The translations under genes and the position numbers were made by a program. A stretch of 60,052 nt of DNA, filler included, from Sluysia triapertura (lineage: Eukaryota): the NCBI GenBank assembly GCA_046118255.1. It is 5 parts of 5 records of this genome, joined end to end, with 100 filler letters (N's around TTAATTAATTAA, not from the genome) between each part and the next. Parts side by side here need not be neighbours in the genome. Positions count along the whole stretch, not along the records: positions 24,366 to 35,687 come from JBJNIA010186012.1; positions 35,788 to 48,198 come from JBJNIA010112311.1; 3 more parts are not named here. One strand, given 5' to 3'. Below, one piece after another: positions 29,072 through 42,433 of the stretch (position 1 is the first letter of the stretch; every line of letters starts with the position of its first letter). A model generated the notes under the pieces. The model had not been told where the DNA came from, made no database searches, and saw only the letters and a program-made list of their open reading frames with translations.

Positions 29072-30297
29072 TACATTTGTTAAAAATATTATTTTAATTC
29101 AATTAGTAAAAAAATTAAATTTTAATTAAGTCTTAATGAAAAATAAACAATAATCAATTAACAAATAAAAATAAAAATTTTAATGGAACATAAATATTCT
29201 GAAATTAAATGGAGTATAAATAGTGCGTAATATATAATGAATAAAGTAATAAAAATTCGTAAAGATTGTTTAAAAACTGTTAAAGGCTTATCAAGAAAGG
29301 ATTTTTTAAAAGTAGATTGTTAAAAAGGAACCTATAACGATTAATTAGTTTGACATTTATAAAATCGGATACAGATATCCTGACAAGACAAGACCTTGTT
29401 TATAAATTTTTGAAGTTATTTTGCTGAAAATAATTCTATTCATTGAAATATCGGATTTTGTAAGTTTTTTAGTGTTAAGCTTTGCTCAAAATCACTAAAT
29501 CTTTTATTTAAGATTAAGCTGGTGATAAAATCAGTATAAATTTAAAGATTCACAATAAAATAACTCTTATCATAATTATTTATCTGTATAACTATTTAAC
29601 TTATAATTTGATTGATAATATACCTTAGTGTTCATTTTAATTAAATTTTTTCTTTGAATTAAAATTTTATCTTAATTTTACATATGTATATAACACACAA
29701 AACACTCAACAAAGGTTGTAATCATAATCATGTTTAAAGAATATCAAACAATTTCACGTACACCTTGCACATTAAATCTTATTCTTTAACATTTCTCCAT
29801 TCCCAAATTATAAATGTATCACATTTATGTAAGATCTTGTTGTTTAAATTCAAGAAGATTAATAAAAGAAATAGAAAATAAGTTAATACATAAATACTAT
29901 TTCATTTTACGGATTATCTCCAACTCTAAATATTAGACAATATGTTCTCTGCATGTAAGGTCTTGTTGCACGTAAAAAGGTAAAGAACATCTAAAAGAAA
30001 TTTAAACATATTTCAAGTGTATAAAAGATTTTAATTATAATAATTATTATTATATTTATAAATTAATTCGTACAAAATTAAGTACTAATGATACAATAAT
30101 TTATATTTATTAAATGTGTACATAATTAATAGTAAAAAAAGTTCAGAAAATAAATAATAAAAATTTAATGAAAAAAAGAATAAACATTTTTAAAAATTAA
30201 TATATCTAATGAGTACTAATACGAGTACTGTTAGAAGAATTACTTTTATTCACTTGTTGAGATCAAAATAATCAAAATAATAAATAAATTTGATTAG

Positions 30298-31010
30298 AAA
30301 TTCAGCGAGATATACAACGTTAGCTTCAGAAGTAGATGACATTTAAGTAAAGATTTCGGAGATTCTGATGAATGTATTAGTGAGTCAAAATCATTGGATA
30401 GAATTAGTCTCGAAATTATACATTTGAAGTTATCTGACTCAGGTGTAATTTGAATCGATATATTGTATTTTGTGTTTGTCAAACTAGACAGCGCAGAATT
30501 CGTTGCTTCCGAATCAAATAATTATATAATTAAACCTGGTAGAATGATGAACCGTGGTGTACCGAAACTTAAAAGTAAAGAGATTATGTTAGAAATGCAG
30601 CAGGTTAAGATATTCTATGCTTATAATTGTGTGCTAATAACTACAAAGTAACTTTGAGCGGCGAACTTAATGATTGTATTCAACGTGATAAAAAATGAAG
30701 GATTATGCATTTACACACTTTACTGAACACATATCTGTTGAACTTGCTAAATACTCATTAAATGGAATTAGGAATGTTAACAATTCAATTCAATTCAAGT
30801 ACTTCAATATGTAAAACTGTGTCAAATAAAAGCACCGATTCATGTGCTTAATAATTGTAGATGAATTTAGTCATCTGCCAGTATTTTCAAGTTTATCCTT
30901 ATTCAAATCAACAACAAAACATTATGCTGGATCACATGTGTACTTCATTTAGCAATGTCAAGTAGTTTAGTTGATCCAAGTAATGCTTTTCATCTCCTTA
31001 GAATCTATTA
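30298..31010 (+). pseudogene. Unidentified spliced gene remnant
   Basis: Exon-like frames (DFGDSDECISESKSLDRISLEIIHL; DSAEFVASESNNYIIKPGRMMNRGVPKL) are separated by about 45-nt GT-AG segments and carry in-frame stops. Confidence 0.4.
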
Positions 31011-31841
31011 TTATAATTGTGGTTTATCGTACATTTCATACTCTTATTTTTATTTTAGGGATAGTCTGACCTTTAATGTAAAATTCAAAGTACTGCGCCC
31101 ATAATTTGTAACTGAGATAAATAGCATCAAAAATAAATAAAAATTAAATTATGAAATACCATACTAGTATAAGAAGATAATTTAAATAAGAATAAATACA
31201 ATATGTGAAATTAAGTTAAATAAGATGAAAGTGGAAGTTTTAAGTGCTGATAAAAATAAGAACGGTAACGCATTACTTAATAATTAACGCTATTCATGGC
31301 GAAACTAAAGCATCAGATATTAATGAAAAATTGAGAGTAATAGTTGAGTTGTTGGTATATTTTACGACTAAATTTTCAGACTTAATTTAATTGATAATTC
31401 ATTTATTTAAATTCCAGAATGGATAATTCATGCATATAGTGTCATTAATGTTCAAAATTATTACCTTAATGCACAATGAGATCAATATAGATATCGTGTT
31501 AGTCATTAGGCATAATTTTTATGTGAATTAAATTTAAAATACTTTATTTCTAATTACTATTTTTAATGCAGCAAAATCTGATCGAAAGAAAATTTAAAAA
31601 TATGCATATAACTATAATAATATTTGAGTGCGATAAGCACTTCTGTGATGGCATATTTAAATTTCCATACAATGACATTATATCGATGTAAAAGACAAGC
31701 AAAATAATTATTAATTTATTATTTTTATTATATTTCAATAAAAGAAAAACAAAAAAACTCTTAAGAATAAAGTGTAAACTGTGTAAAAATTGCATTAAAA
31801 TATTTATAACATTTTTCTTTTAATAATCATATTCGGTTATA

Positions 31842-32370
31842 GTGAATCAAGGCTTAAAAGCATTATATCTATGATAACAAATTACTTTTGAACATCCCAC
31901 AACACAAACAATTTATCTGTGATTATTATCACATCCTCACTTCAACATACTGTAATATATTATGTTTTTCGTAATAAAAATCAATAAAAGATTAATATAG
32001 TTCTAAAATGTATAATAAACATGATAATAAAGATTTTTAAAGGAATGCCATCTCAAACTCATTCCGATTCTTAACTAATTCACCAGTACGTTGCAGATGA
32101 AATTAACAACATGAATGATTTGGTGCATCAAATTGATTTATATTTAGAATATTATCATAGGTACAATCATTAAAACCAGATTACATTAATAATTTGCTAA
32201 ATAATACTGAACTAGAAGGTTTTGTCAATTTAGGGAAGTTATACTTCTACGAAGGGTTAAATTTCTTTTAGTTTCATATGTCATTAAAAGATTTCTATGT
32301 TTTTGGAAAATCAATCTAATCGGCTCTGATGATTCCGTCTACGGTAGTACTACTATCACAATCGTGAAGT
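31842..32370 (+). pseudogene. Unidentified spliced gene remnant
   Basis: AG/GT-bounded frames such as GMPSQTHSDS*LIHQYVADEINNMNDLVHQIDLYLEYYHR, with stops. Confidence 0.35.
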
Positions 32371-33271
32371 ATGCATTTAAAACTCATGTAAATACCACAT
32401 GAGTACGAATAAATGAAATAAACAGTTGCTTACCGATGGTCTAAAACATCTTCACAGCCTGAAAACGAAATACCCGAAACTATTTTTCTTTAGCTCCGTA
32501 TTGTGTAAAAATGTTAGTGATGTTTGGTTTTGTTTTCGCATTGGTTATACGACATTTTATTCTTGTTTTCTAGGCTTGAATTCCTCTAAGTTGATTTTAA
32601 AAGCGTGACATAAAAATTAAATTTAACTTTGATCAGTTACATATTACATTAACTGTAAATAGTACTGAATGTGATTTAATTTAAAGCTTTCGGCATTAAA
32701 CATAAATCAATTGATCAAATACATAATATACGATCCTAGTATCTTAAATTCTACGCGCTCAAAGAAGATTCATTGTACACGATAGTCGCAATAAGTCAAT
32801 ATTACCACCATTTGTTATTTATGCATAATTTAAATCGACATAACGCCCGATTAAAGCTATCACAAAAAACAAGAGCCATTAATTTTTTGATTATTATTGT
32901 ATTTTTAAATAAAATAAAAATATACCAAAAATGTAGTGCTACAATATCAATGTCAAAAATAGTTTGTACCGTTTCAGTTTAACAACACAAAAATTTAATA
33001 ATTGTGGAGTCATTAAACAATTTTTTAATTAAATTTATAATCGTAGTTTTTTATTATTTGACTAGGACAATGTCTGCAATGCCTTTATTTATGAGATACC
33101 GTCAAAATGGAATAATAATATAAGTAATGATGTCTATGCAGCTTTACAAATGTGACAAAAATTAAACTTTATGATGACACACTTAAATAAGCATTATTAT
33201 TAGCTTACCTTTATGAAGAATTAAAAAACTATCATAAAGTATGCTAATTTAAATACATTAAACATTGTGTT

Positions 33272-33489
33272 AGGTTGTCATCGCAAACCTTTTAAACCAC
33301 AAAATAAAAATTATTTTCGAAATGAATTAAAATAAATTTTCCAATAAAATAGTTAGAAAAAATAAAATATTTTCTAAAATAGAAATCAAAAAATACAGAA
33401 TATTCTGGAATTTTCGAGAATATTCATTGATTTTGTTAGGCTGATGACTAATAAATATCGTTGCATAACTTCAGTTATTTCGCACAACA
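33272..33489 (+). mobile_element. Solo-LTR-like repeat (second copy at 45089-45297)
   Basis: Both copies share an AGGTTG..ATC.CAA.CCT start, a GAA/TTC array, TT(A/-)GGCTGATGACTA and TCAGTT; this copy has TGT...ACA-like ends. Confidence 0.55.
33397..33426. promoter_or_regulatory. Perfect six-unit heat-shock element
   Basis: AGAAT-ATTCT-GGAAT-TTTCG-AGAAT-ATTCA = (nGAAn-nTTCn) x3, the canonical HSF site. Confidence 0.7.
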
Positions 33490-34079
33490 TAGATTTTGTA
33501 AATTTTTGAAAATTTTCTAGTTTATTGCTGTTTCAAAGAACGAAAATTATTATATTTCGTTCAAAAAATAAAAAGGCTTTGAGTGTGGATAATATTAAAT
33601 AACGCATTCATTAAATTAGTAAGTTTTTAATTTTAATTTTTTCCCGAAAGAGATTGAATCATAAAATATACGTAAATTCTTTTAATAAATTTCTAAACCC
33701 CATTTTATGAGGATCAAAATCAATTTTTAAAATTTTGATTAAAGGTCAAAAAATAAAAAGGTTTAATTGTAGAATAATCAGAGTCGTGTATGTATTATTT
33801 ATTTATAATTCTTTTATAGTTTTTTATTATAAAGATTTGTTTTTAATAAAATTTGGTTCGCAATAGAATACCAGGAACTAAGTTTAGATTTTAACATTTA
33901 CATTAAATTCAAAATTTTATCACATAATTAGGTACATAACTAACTTAAGATCCTACACAGAGAAGAAATATCATAAAAGGCAAAGAATTAAAATTAAAAT
34001 ACAAGTTAATATTTAACGTTATTGCAGTACTTACGTAAAGCTTGTAATATATATAATTTTATATTTTGTAACTTGATTA

Positions 34080-34330
34080 GTATTTAATAAAAATATTATT
34101 TGTAGCTCTTGTAGACATTTAATCTGATATTGTTGGCTCTGTTATTAGTCTAGATTGTTCAGTCCTTCTCTATGATAAGCTTTGCATTAAAAACCGAAAT
34201 TATTTCACTATTTTATTAACGTTTGTGCACAATGATTAATTATTTTTCTTTCTTTTGCGTAGTTCCAAAACCTTTAGCCTCGATTTATATTTAACTTCAT
34301 CCATATTTTATCGATTGTCACTTTAAATTA
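34080..34330 (-). mobile_element. Decayed LINE APE-endonuclease remnant
   Basis: LITEPTISD*MSTRATNNIF resembles the LI.EPTR...S.T.IDNIF motif. Confidence 0.4.
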
Positions 34331-34938
34331 TAAAAGGAAAGAGAAAACTTAATTTTTTTATCGTCAAAAGAATTTATTTTTTAACTTTATAAAATTCTAA
34401 ACTTCATAAGACTCTTACTCTTAGGTATTAAAATTATTTTGATTTAACTTTATAATGAGTAAATTTTTTAATTTAAATTTGAGCAATACTTTAACTAATG
34501 TGAAATATCCCCTGTGAAGTCGTGATTCTAACTCGTCTCTGTTGGGGTTGGAAATACGAATAAAATTTAAAATTATCTTTCTCAAAAAAATTATTGCGAA
34601 TTTTCTTAAACAAAATGCAGACTTTAAAGGTTTTGTACAAATCAGATTTTTGTTTAAAGCATCTTCTTTTAATTTCTGAAATCGCGACAAAAATTAAGTT
34701 GCCATGAATTATATGCATTGATATTTTTAATTTATATTAATTATATAATTACTTAATATAATAAATAATTTACATATTTTTGTTAAATATTATTAATTAT
34801 ATTAAACAAATATTTCTAATTCCAAAATTGGCTTATGAAGATAGTTATGCAGTTCTTACTGAAAATTAGGGAAACGAGAACTGGAAGAACTATATAAATT
34901 TGGTATAAATTTTGCAATTTGTATATATAATCCTGTAG

Positions 34939-35100
34939 CACTTCATAAAATGGACCGACCTGGAATCTAACCTGGGTCCTCTCGTTGCGCAGTTCGATTC
35001 TTTACCCACTGAGTTATCAGTCCCGTCTAACAACTTTATTTTATTATAGTCAATATTACTCTTATAATTCTACATGGCACTTTAGGCCTTTACCCCAACA
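34939..35100 (-). mobile_element. tRNA-derived repeat, second full copy
   Basis: The 73-nt core (34951-35023) keeps cloverleaf spacing and a 7-bp acceptor stem GGACTGA/TCGGTCC plus A73. The upstream TGTTGGGGTAAAGGCCTAAAGTGCCAT module matches 27953. Confidence 0.8.
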
Positions 35101-35687
35101 ATACTTGCAACTTATTTGTCATTTTTCAAATTATAATATTTAAAAGAAAATAATACTTATTTAATAAACTATTGACATAAATCAAAGCGTTTATTCATAT
35201 GACATAAACGCACTAACAGTTTGTAATATACCTTCGAATGGTTCACATTTAAAGGCAGTTCTCTTTTCTACATGATGTAAAGGCAGATGTCAAGGTGATA
35301 CCGTGTCATTTTTCGATAACCTTTATTTCTCTATTTTCCTGATCTTCGCATATGTTTCACTATTCTGAGTGTGAAATCCTTGCTTTAGAACTAAGGTGAC
35401 CAACTTTCTTTTCATTTCCTGCACTAATCTAAGAAAAAGAACTGCTATTTAAACATTTCAAAATTAAACTAAAATGGAAACAAAAATTATAATTTGAAAA
35501 GTCCAAAATTTATTTTAAAATAGTTTTTTTTTGTTAAATAATGGTATAACAATTGTTTATTTTCCTGAAAATAAAGAAATTAAGAAAACTGTTTGCTTTT
35601 CTTTTGTTGTTTGCATAGTAAGAATATTTATAAACAATAACAAATATTATTTTTTATTATAAAGTTACAACGTGGTTTTTGTATATA

Positions 35688-35787
35688 NNNNNNNNNNNNN
35701 NNNNNNNNNNNNNNNNNNNNNNNNNNNNNNNTTAATTAATTAANNNNNNNNNNNNNNNNNNNNNNNNNNNNNNNNNNNNNNNNNNNN
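35688..35787. other. Artificial scaffold spacer
   Basis: N44-TTAATTAATTAA-N44. Confidence 0.97.

Positions 35788-35857
<70 letters not shown>
35788..35857. repeat. (TAA)n microsatellite at contig end
   Basis: Pure run. Confidence 0.95.
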
Positions 35858-36969
35858 TATACTATTATATCTTATTTTGGATAATTTTAATTTGATTAAA
35901 ATATTAAAATTATTAAAATATTATGATATTAAAATTAAAAAATAAAATATATATTATTAAAATATTAATTTTATTATGTCAGCCATTAAAATGTTAATTT
36001 TTAATAATTTTTAATTTTTTATTATGTATTATGTCAACAGTATGAACTCTTAGCTTAATTAGTGTCGATTAATAATTAATTTGCTTAATATAATTTACGT
36101 TTATTTCGAAAAAGGGAATACAACGAAATATAGCACTTCCATTTCTACCAAACAATAGGACTCAAAAACTGAAGATATTATTAATTATTATTAGATATTA
36201 TTAATTATTAATCATTAATATCAATAAAATTATTATATTTTTCAATAATTAAAGAGTTAGAGAATGTAAACAATAAATTGCTGCATCTTATACTAAATAA
36301 ATTTTTCTATCATTTTTCATTTTATTTTCAATCTATTTTCGGCAATTAATGGATTTATTTAATGTAAATGATTTTCAAATTACATTTTATGCACATAAAT
36401 TAAGAATATACATTTTTTCAAAAAATATTCATATACGAGAAATTAAAATCTTTTTTAAAACATGGTTTAGTTTTTTTCATACTTTTTCCGTTTTAAAATA
36501 ATTCATGCTAAATAAACTAAACACATATTTATTATAGCTTAATATTATAATTTTTGCACGCATGAGCCCTGAAGAAGGTAGAGCTCAAAACAAATTTCCA
36601 TTGTTATTCGTCTTCAGGAAATGTTTTTAGGCGAAAGTATATCTTAAACTCATTTGGTATGTAAATTGTATTAAACAAATGGTAAATAAACTCATTTTAA
36701 ATTCATCAGTTATTTTACTTAACCTTTTTATAAAAATTCATGCTTGCTTGCTTGCTTGACATTTAAGCCAATGCATCTTTAATTTAGGGCATTACAAAAA
36801 TCACTCTTTTTCCATTAACAACTGTACACCAAAATAATATAAGTCCGATGTGTACTAATTAATGATTACAAATTGGCATATTTTATATAATAAAATTCAA
36901 TTCAATTCAAACATATATTAAATAAATTAATATGTGCATAAATATTTAATTATAATAATAAAACTTACT

Positions 36970-37700
36970 TTATTATTGTTGTTTATTTGTATTTTATTGC
37001 CGAATACCTCATAAATCAAAGCAGTTGTTGATAATATTAATGTCTAATCCCAAGTTTCTTTTTATTGTAATTGTTTCGGATCAATATCGAAATCAAGTGC
37101 AAGGACGGACATAAATATTCATTATATTCTGCTATATCTATTCCATTGTTCTTATGAATATATTCAGAATTCACAGTATAAATTTCTCGTTAGCGTGTAT
37201 TCTGATTTAGACTAATTGATTTTACTTGACGCACGCATTTCAGTAGTTTGAGGTGTAACTAAAACAAATTTTGGTGAATTTAGTGAATCACAATAATGTG
37301 ATCTTTATAAAATCCAAGTCGTCTTTTTGGTACACTATATATTGCAAGTTTTATCTGACAAAGAGAATAAAAAAATATGCTTGATTTTTGTAGACCTAAT
37401 TGACAACCAGCTAAAACCGATCATTCACCTTTAACTCATCTTACACTAATTTTGCATCAATCAAACAACTTTATAATCATTTATTTTATCAAATACAATA
37501 AAAAACACTGATTTATTTCTTTGTTTTTTCAAATAAATATTTACAGCTGTAATTAAATATTTTGGTTGATTGAAAAAAAAGGATACATTGTAAATCTTTT
37601 CGATTTTTCAATTCATTGTATTCTATCATTTTAGTGGAATGGTTTCCAGTAGCACTTAATGTTATGTGCTCAGAATCCTGACCTTGACTTAGAATATTTC
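36970..37700 (-). pseudogene. Spliced gene remnant, possibly INPP4-like C2 region
   Basis: Exon-like frames HSTKMIE...CILFFQ and IKLAIYSVPKRR (after a TTTGTCAG acceptor) end at a GTAAGT donor. Weak resemblance to INPP4 HAQTEIIE/SIAFFQ/VKLSVYDV; multiple stops. Confidence 0.3.
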
Positions 37701-37903
37701 CAAGTATCACTTATTGCGCATAATTATATTTTCCATCTTCAATTTACGTACTATTATTATCTAATATTATCAGATTAAAAGCACATTATGATTCAAATAA
37801 ATTGATAAAGAAGAGTTATGAACAAAACATTCTTTAAATATTATACACAATCCACCCAAACTGGTTATCAAAGTGAAATAAAACATTTATAATACAAACT
37901 TAA

Positions 37904-37973
37904 CCCCTTAATGCACAATTTTTTAAAAAAAACCGACCACGTCCGTGTTAATACGTTTCTGCGCATTAAGGGG
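37904..37973 (+). mobile_element. 70-bp piggyBac-type MITE
   Basis: Flanked by TTAA; 14-bp TIR CCCCTTAATGC(A/G)CA. Confidence 0.9.
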
Positions 37974-38059
37974 TTAAGTCTTAATTATTTGTTAAAATTT
38001 ATTGTGAAAAAGTATATTATAAAATTAAAAGATTAACGCAAAAAAAGGGAAGAAATCTT

Positions 38060-38430
38060 AAACACAGATGATTGTTTTTGTTGTAGATCAAATATTTATC
38101 AGTTAAGAAACTGCTCATTGAAAGAAAATGATTAGATAAATCATCGGTTTAGTAAATTCCATCTTCTTGTACCAAGTAATATAAACGTACAATGAGTAGA
38201 AGAATAATTAAATGATGTTTCTAAAACAATAATTGCAGAAAGAAATAGAAACGTAAAACAATGGTGCGAAGAATATCATTGCCTCAATCTCGTTTCTGAG
38301 CTAAAGTTTGATAAAAATCGAGTTGTGTTTAGAGATGCAGAAGTTAATCGAAGAAACGGAAGTGTGTAAAGTAAATGTTTTTGAAGTGATAAACAATTTC
38401 AGGTGTTGTGATATATTGCTGCGAATATAT
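38060..38430 (+). mobile_element. Possible LTR-retrotransposon gag remnant
   Basis: CFCCRSNIYQLRNC is a CX2CX4HX4C knuckle with H replaced by Y; the downstream frame is decayed. Confidence 0.35.
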
Positions 38431-39871
38431 GAGATTTAATACGTGAAAATTCTAAACGCTTTTGAGTACTTATTTTGTTTTAGATATTAGAACTATGTGA
38501 TTAATTAATGTAATAATAATAATAATAGTAATAATAATAAAATTTAGAAATTTTATTCATGAATTTCGTATTCTAAGTATAAATAAAACTAATGTGATTA
38601 TATTATTGGAAGCTATCTATTGAATAATTAAATAAGAGTTTCACTTTTCTAAATAATACGGATTTTGGCAATCTTAATACTATAATGATAAAAATAAATT
38701 CGAAAATGTACTAAAATCGTAGTAACTTTAAAAAGAAAGGATTCCATCAAAGGAATTTAATAAAACGAATAACTCAATTACTATCTATCTCAAAATAATT
38801 AACTTTGTAATGAGCATAATCAAAGTTTAACATAACTTTAATAAGATTTGTATTATAATTATAAATTTAAATTTAAATATAAATTTGTTTTAATGCAACT
38901 CTTTCGTCAGTTAAATTTTGCTTTGCAGTCAGCGATATTGTGGAGTTAATCTTTGGATTTGGCTCTATTTATATTAAGTGATGATTTTATTTTCACTGAG
39001 ATTTGGCATAACTGGAAGAGTTTTGATAAAAAGCCTACGAGCAGAAAAGTAAACAGTATGATAGTAATCAGGATGGAAGTAGCATGAGTGTTTCGAAAGG
39101 ATAGAGTTTAAGACGAAAGCTATTAAAGTGGTGAATATCTATTTTTCCATGAGAAAATTTCAAAGATATACTTAATCCTGTTAGATATATTATTTAATCT
39201 CATTAAATTAATGTCACACAACTTATCTTTTTTGTAACTACAATGCCATCTATGATTTATGTCGTACATTATTTCGTGTAGTAAATCATTATTAAATCGT
39301 GCATGACTATTATCTTTATGACTATTTTGAAAAATTTTATTAATAAGTTAAATTTATTTGACATTGAAAGATGCACAATTTATTCTGGATAATGGAGCAA
39401 ACTGCTCAATAAAAAATAACAATGCAAAAGTTTATATATCAGATAAATAGAGCTTAAAGGAAGAAAAAAATCATACTCGACATAAAAAACAATATTTGTT
39501 CGAAATAGATTGTCTGGCGACGCTTAATTAATTCTGTTGAAATGAAATTTAGCATAATAACATTGATGAACATTGAAAATATATAAAACTTTTGTAAATT
39601 GTACTCGAGTTTTATATAGCTCTGATACCGTCTGGGAATCGTTAATATTTAATATTGCTAATATTTTTAGTAACACATTAATACATTCCACATTGAAAAA
39701 AGAAATAAAACTTAATTTAAACAATCTAGAATTATAAGATAACATATTAATTATGTGTAAATTATATTCTGTTCGTATTTTGCAATAACCGTTGTGAATA
39801 AATATACTTAGAATAATCATTAATCATTCGAAATAAAATTTCGTTCCTTATACTGTTTCATTATTTATTAA

Positions 39872-39940
39872 TCCCTTAACGCACAGAAACGTAGTAACAC
39901 AGGCGTGGTCGGTTTTTTTTAAAAATTGTGCATTAAGGGG
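39872..39940 (-). mobile_element. 69-bp piggyBac-type MITE, inverted sister of 37904-37973
   Basis: Flanked by TTAA; the reverse complement matches the first copy apart from a few substitutions. Confidence 0.9.
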
Positions 39941-40599
39941 TTAAATCAAAAACCATTTTTACATAATTAATTTCAATATGACTCCATACTTTCTTATATA
40001 TTTCAAAATCACAAAAATTAAGATTTATGTTTACAACACTAGTATATGTCATTTCAACACTTTTAATTCTAATTCATCATCTTTATCTAAATTACTAAAG
40101 TCTCCATTTCGTTTCAACATCTCATTAATATTTTTCGAAAAATAATAGCATCTTTTAGTAAATCATTAGCAATTTTCATGTACATTATTCATTACTTCTA
40201 TCTGTAAAAACTCTTCATGTTTTATGACATTTCCTTCGGAGTAACCATTGACCTTCTTCATTAATGCATACTTTAATAAGGTTCTAGTAGCCACATAATT
40301 TCTTGGATCAATCAATATTTAAATTTTAATACAGTGTACTTTTACTGTGACTGAACTTGGCAGCTATTTTATTATCTAATTTTTTATTATTCAACCAATT
40401 TTTAAATTTTTACTGTTTTAGTTTTAAATTTAGCCAATTACATGCGTAGTAGCCATGTTGACTTGAATTATTAATTTTTAATAATAATAGATTTAGATTT
40501 TATTTTAAAATTTTTATTAAGATCTATTCATGCAAGGAAAATAAAAAATGTTTTAACGGTACAGAACAGGAAATATATTTAGAAACTAATGCAAAAATT

Positions 40600-41192
40600 C
40601 AAACAAAAAGAATTGATTTGGTATAAAAGATGATAAACTGTTACGTTTTTATTTTAGATTTTATTAATTGATTATTTTACAATTCAAAAGTTTATATGTA
40701 AGAGAACAATTTACGAATATACCGAAAGATTGTATTCATTAAGTTAGGAATAGTGCAACGTATATTCATGTTGCATTTTTTAAATTATAAAATAATTTTC
40801 ATCATCTTTTAAATTTGAACCAGATGATATTTTTATTTGCAATATTTAAATTGTGCATATACAAATACTGAATCTTTGTTTTGTTTCGAATAGGATTTTA
40901 CAATCCACACACTTTTGCATTTTAATAATCAAGAATATTTCAATGAAACCAAGATGAATCAATGTATCATTGAGACATAATAAAATCTATACAGAATCCA
41001 CAGTGATAACAAGCTAGGTGAAATGTTATAAACCGTTTATGTTTCAAAAATATACAACCAGCTATCAGAAAATGTCAAATTACTGAAAATATATAAGAAA
41101 AAGTCAAAGTTCTTTCTGTTTCGGAAATATTATAGTGAATGATTTATTTGAAGCGATTTTGATTATTTACTTTGTGCTAGATAAAAGCGTAA
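40600..41192 (+). mobile_element. CR1/L2-type LINE 3' region
   Basis: 40948-41190 aligns to 23955-24190 (TACAGAATCCACAGT(G/A)ATAA..AAGCTAGGTGA...CAAAAATATACAA). The 5' boundary is approximate. Confidence 0.7.
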
Positions 41193-41330
41193 NNNNNNNN
41201 NNNNNNNNNNNNNNNNNNNNNNNNNNNNNNNNNNNNNNNNNNNNNNNNNNNNNNNNNNNNNNNNNNNNNNNNNNNNNNNNNNNNNNNNNNNNNNNNNNNN
41301 NNNNNNNNNNNNNNNNNNNNNNNNNNNNNN
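41193..41330. other. Within-scaffold N gap
   Basis: 138 N with no linker core. Confidence 0.97.
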
Positions 41331-42433
41331 ATCATATGGCCAAGTTTACTCTTTAATGAAACAAACATTTAATCTTATTCCATATATTTTCTCCATGTAA
41401 TAGTTAATCACATTTCATAACATAATCTGACTATTTTTATATCCGCTTTATTTATTTGTTATAGTCATATACCTTGTAATATATTCACGCCCGTCTTAAT
41501 TTTATTTAGCTATATTCACATTCGTCTTAGTATTAATTCATGTATTTTCACTTTTATGGTGTTCTTATTTATTTTTCAGCTCTTTTTTAAGTAAATTCCA
41601 CTTTTTCTTATTTTTATTACATTTTATCATCTGTGTTTTTCTTAAGTTTATTAAAGTACATGATATTTCGAGTAGTTTATTCAAAAATTTGTTTAAATAT
41701 TAATATTTTTTTATATATGTATTTTTGTTTCTTGTCAAAAATATGAAAACAATAATTTATTAACTATTTTTATATTTATTAAAGGCCACATAATTCTAAA
41801 TATCCATCTTTTAAATCATTGATATCTTTCAAATGAATTTTACATTGCTAGATCATAATTGTATGACAGATAAAATAAAATTTTCACTTTAAGAAATTCT
41901 CATCTGAAAAAGTCTGTTAAGATGTGCATGATTATGGATAGTTTTATTTAACTGTCGTCGTTGGCAATACAGATCAAAGTCAATTGTTTATTTAATTCAA
42001 ATTTTTACACACGCAGACTAAACTTTAATCACAAACAGTCGAATATTATTCATTAAAACTGGATCTTCACTTCCATTTAACCAATGATTTCTGATGTTAA
42101 TATTGTGCACATAAACCTCTTTCAATTTATAAAGAATCTGATTTTAAATAAAGTTGTCTAAACACGTAGTTGGAAAAATATATTTTATTTATTCAATCAT
42201 TGAGTTTTAAGCTTCGGTATTTTTCCGCGATAATTAAGTTTATCAGGTATTGTATCATTAAAATGTCCTACTTATAAGTTGAACATCTATTTTATAACAT
42301 TTTGAACCCTTTGAACGATGTTTAGTTGTAGGACATAAATGTCTTCATTTATGATTAATATTTTCGAATTTGTTTATAATACTTTCATATTATCATATCA
42401 ATTTCGCAGCTTTGTGAATTTTCATTCATAGTC

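Noticed and set aside
34951-35023. Functional tRNA with a GCG anticodon
   Set aside because: The anticodon stem is unpaired, the T-loop and D-stem are mutated, and the copies differ from one another; it is a tRNA-derived repeat.
36567-36592. Penelope-type minimal hammerhead ribozyme (CCCTGAAGAAG...CTCAAAAC); similar CTGANGA hits at 4836, 9205, 32334, 45252 and 48618
   Set aside because: The essential GAAA or a properly closed stem II is missing in each; at most these are dead remnants.
41135-41368. ORFs spanning the N gap
   Set aside because: They are artefacts of reading through N.
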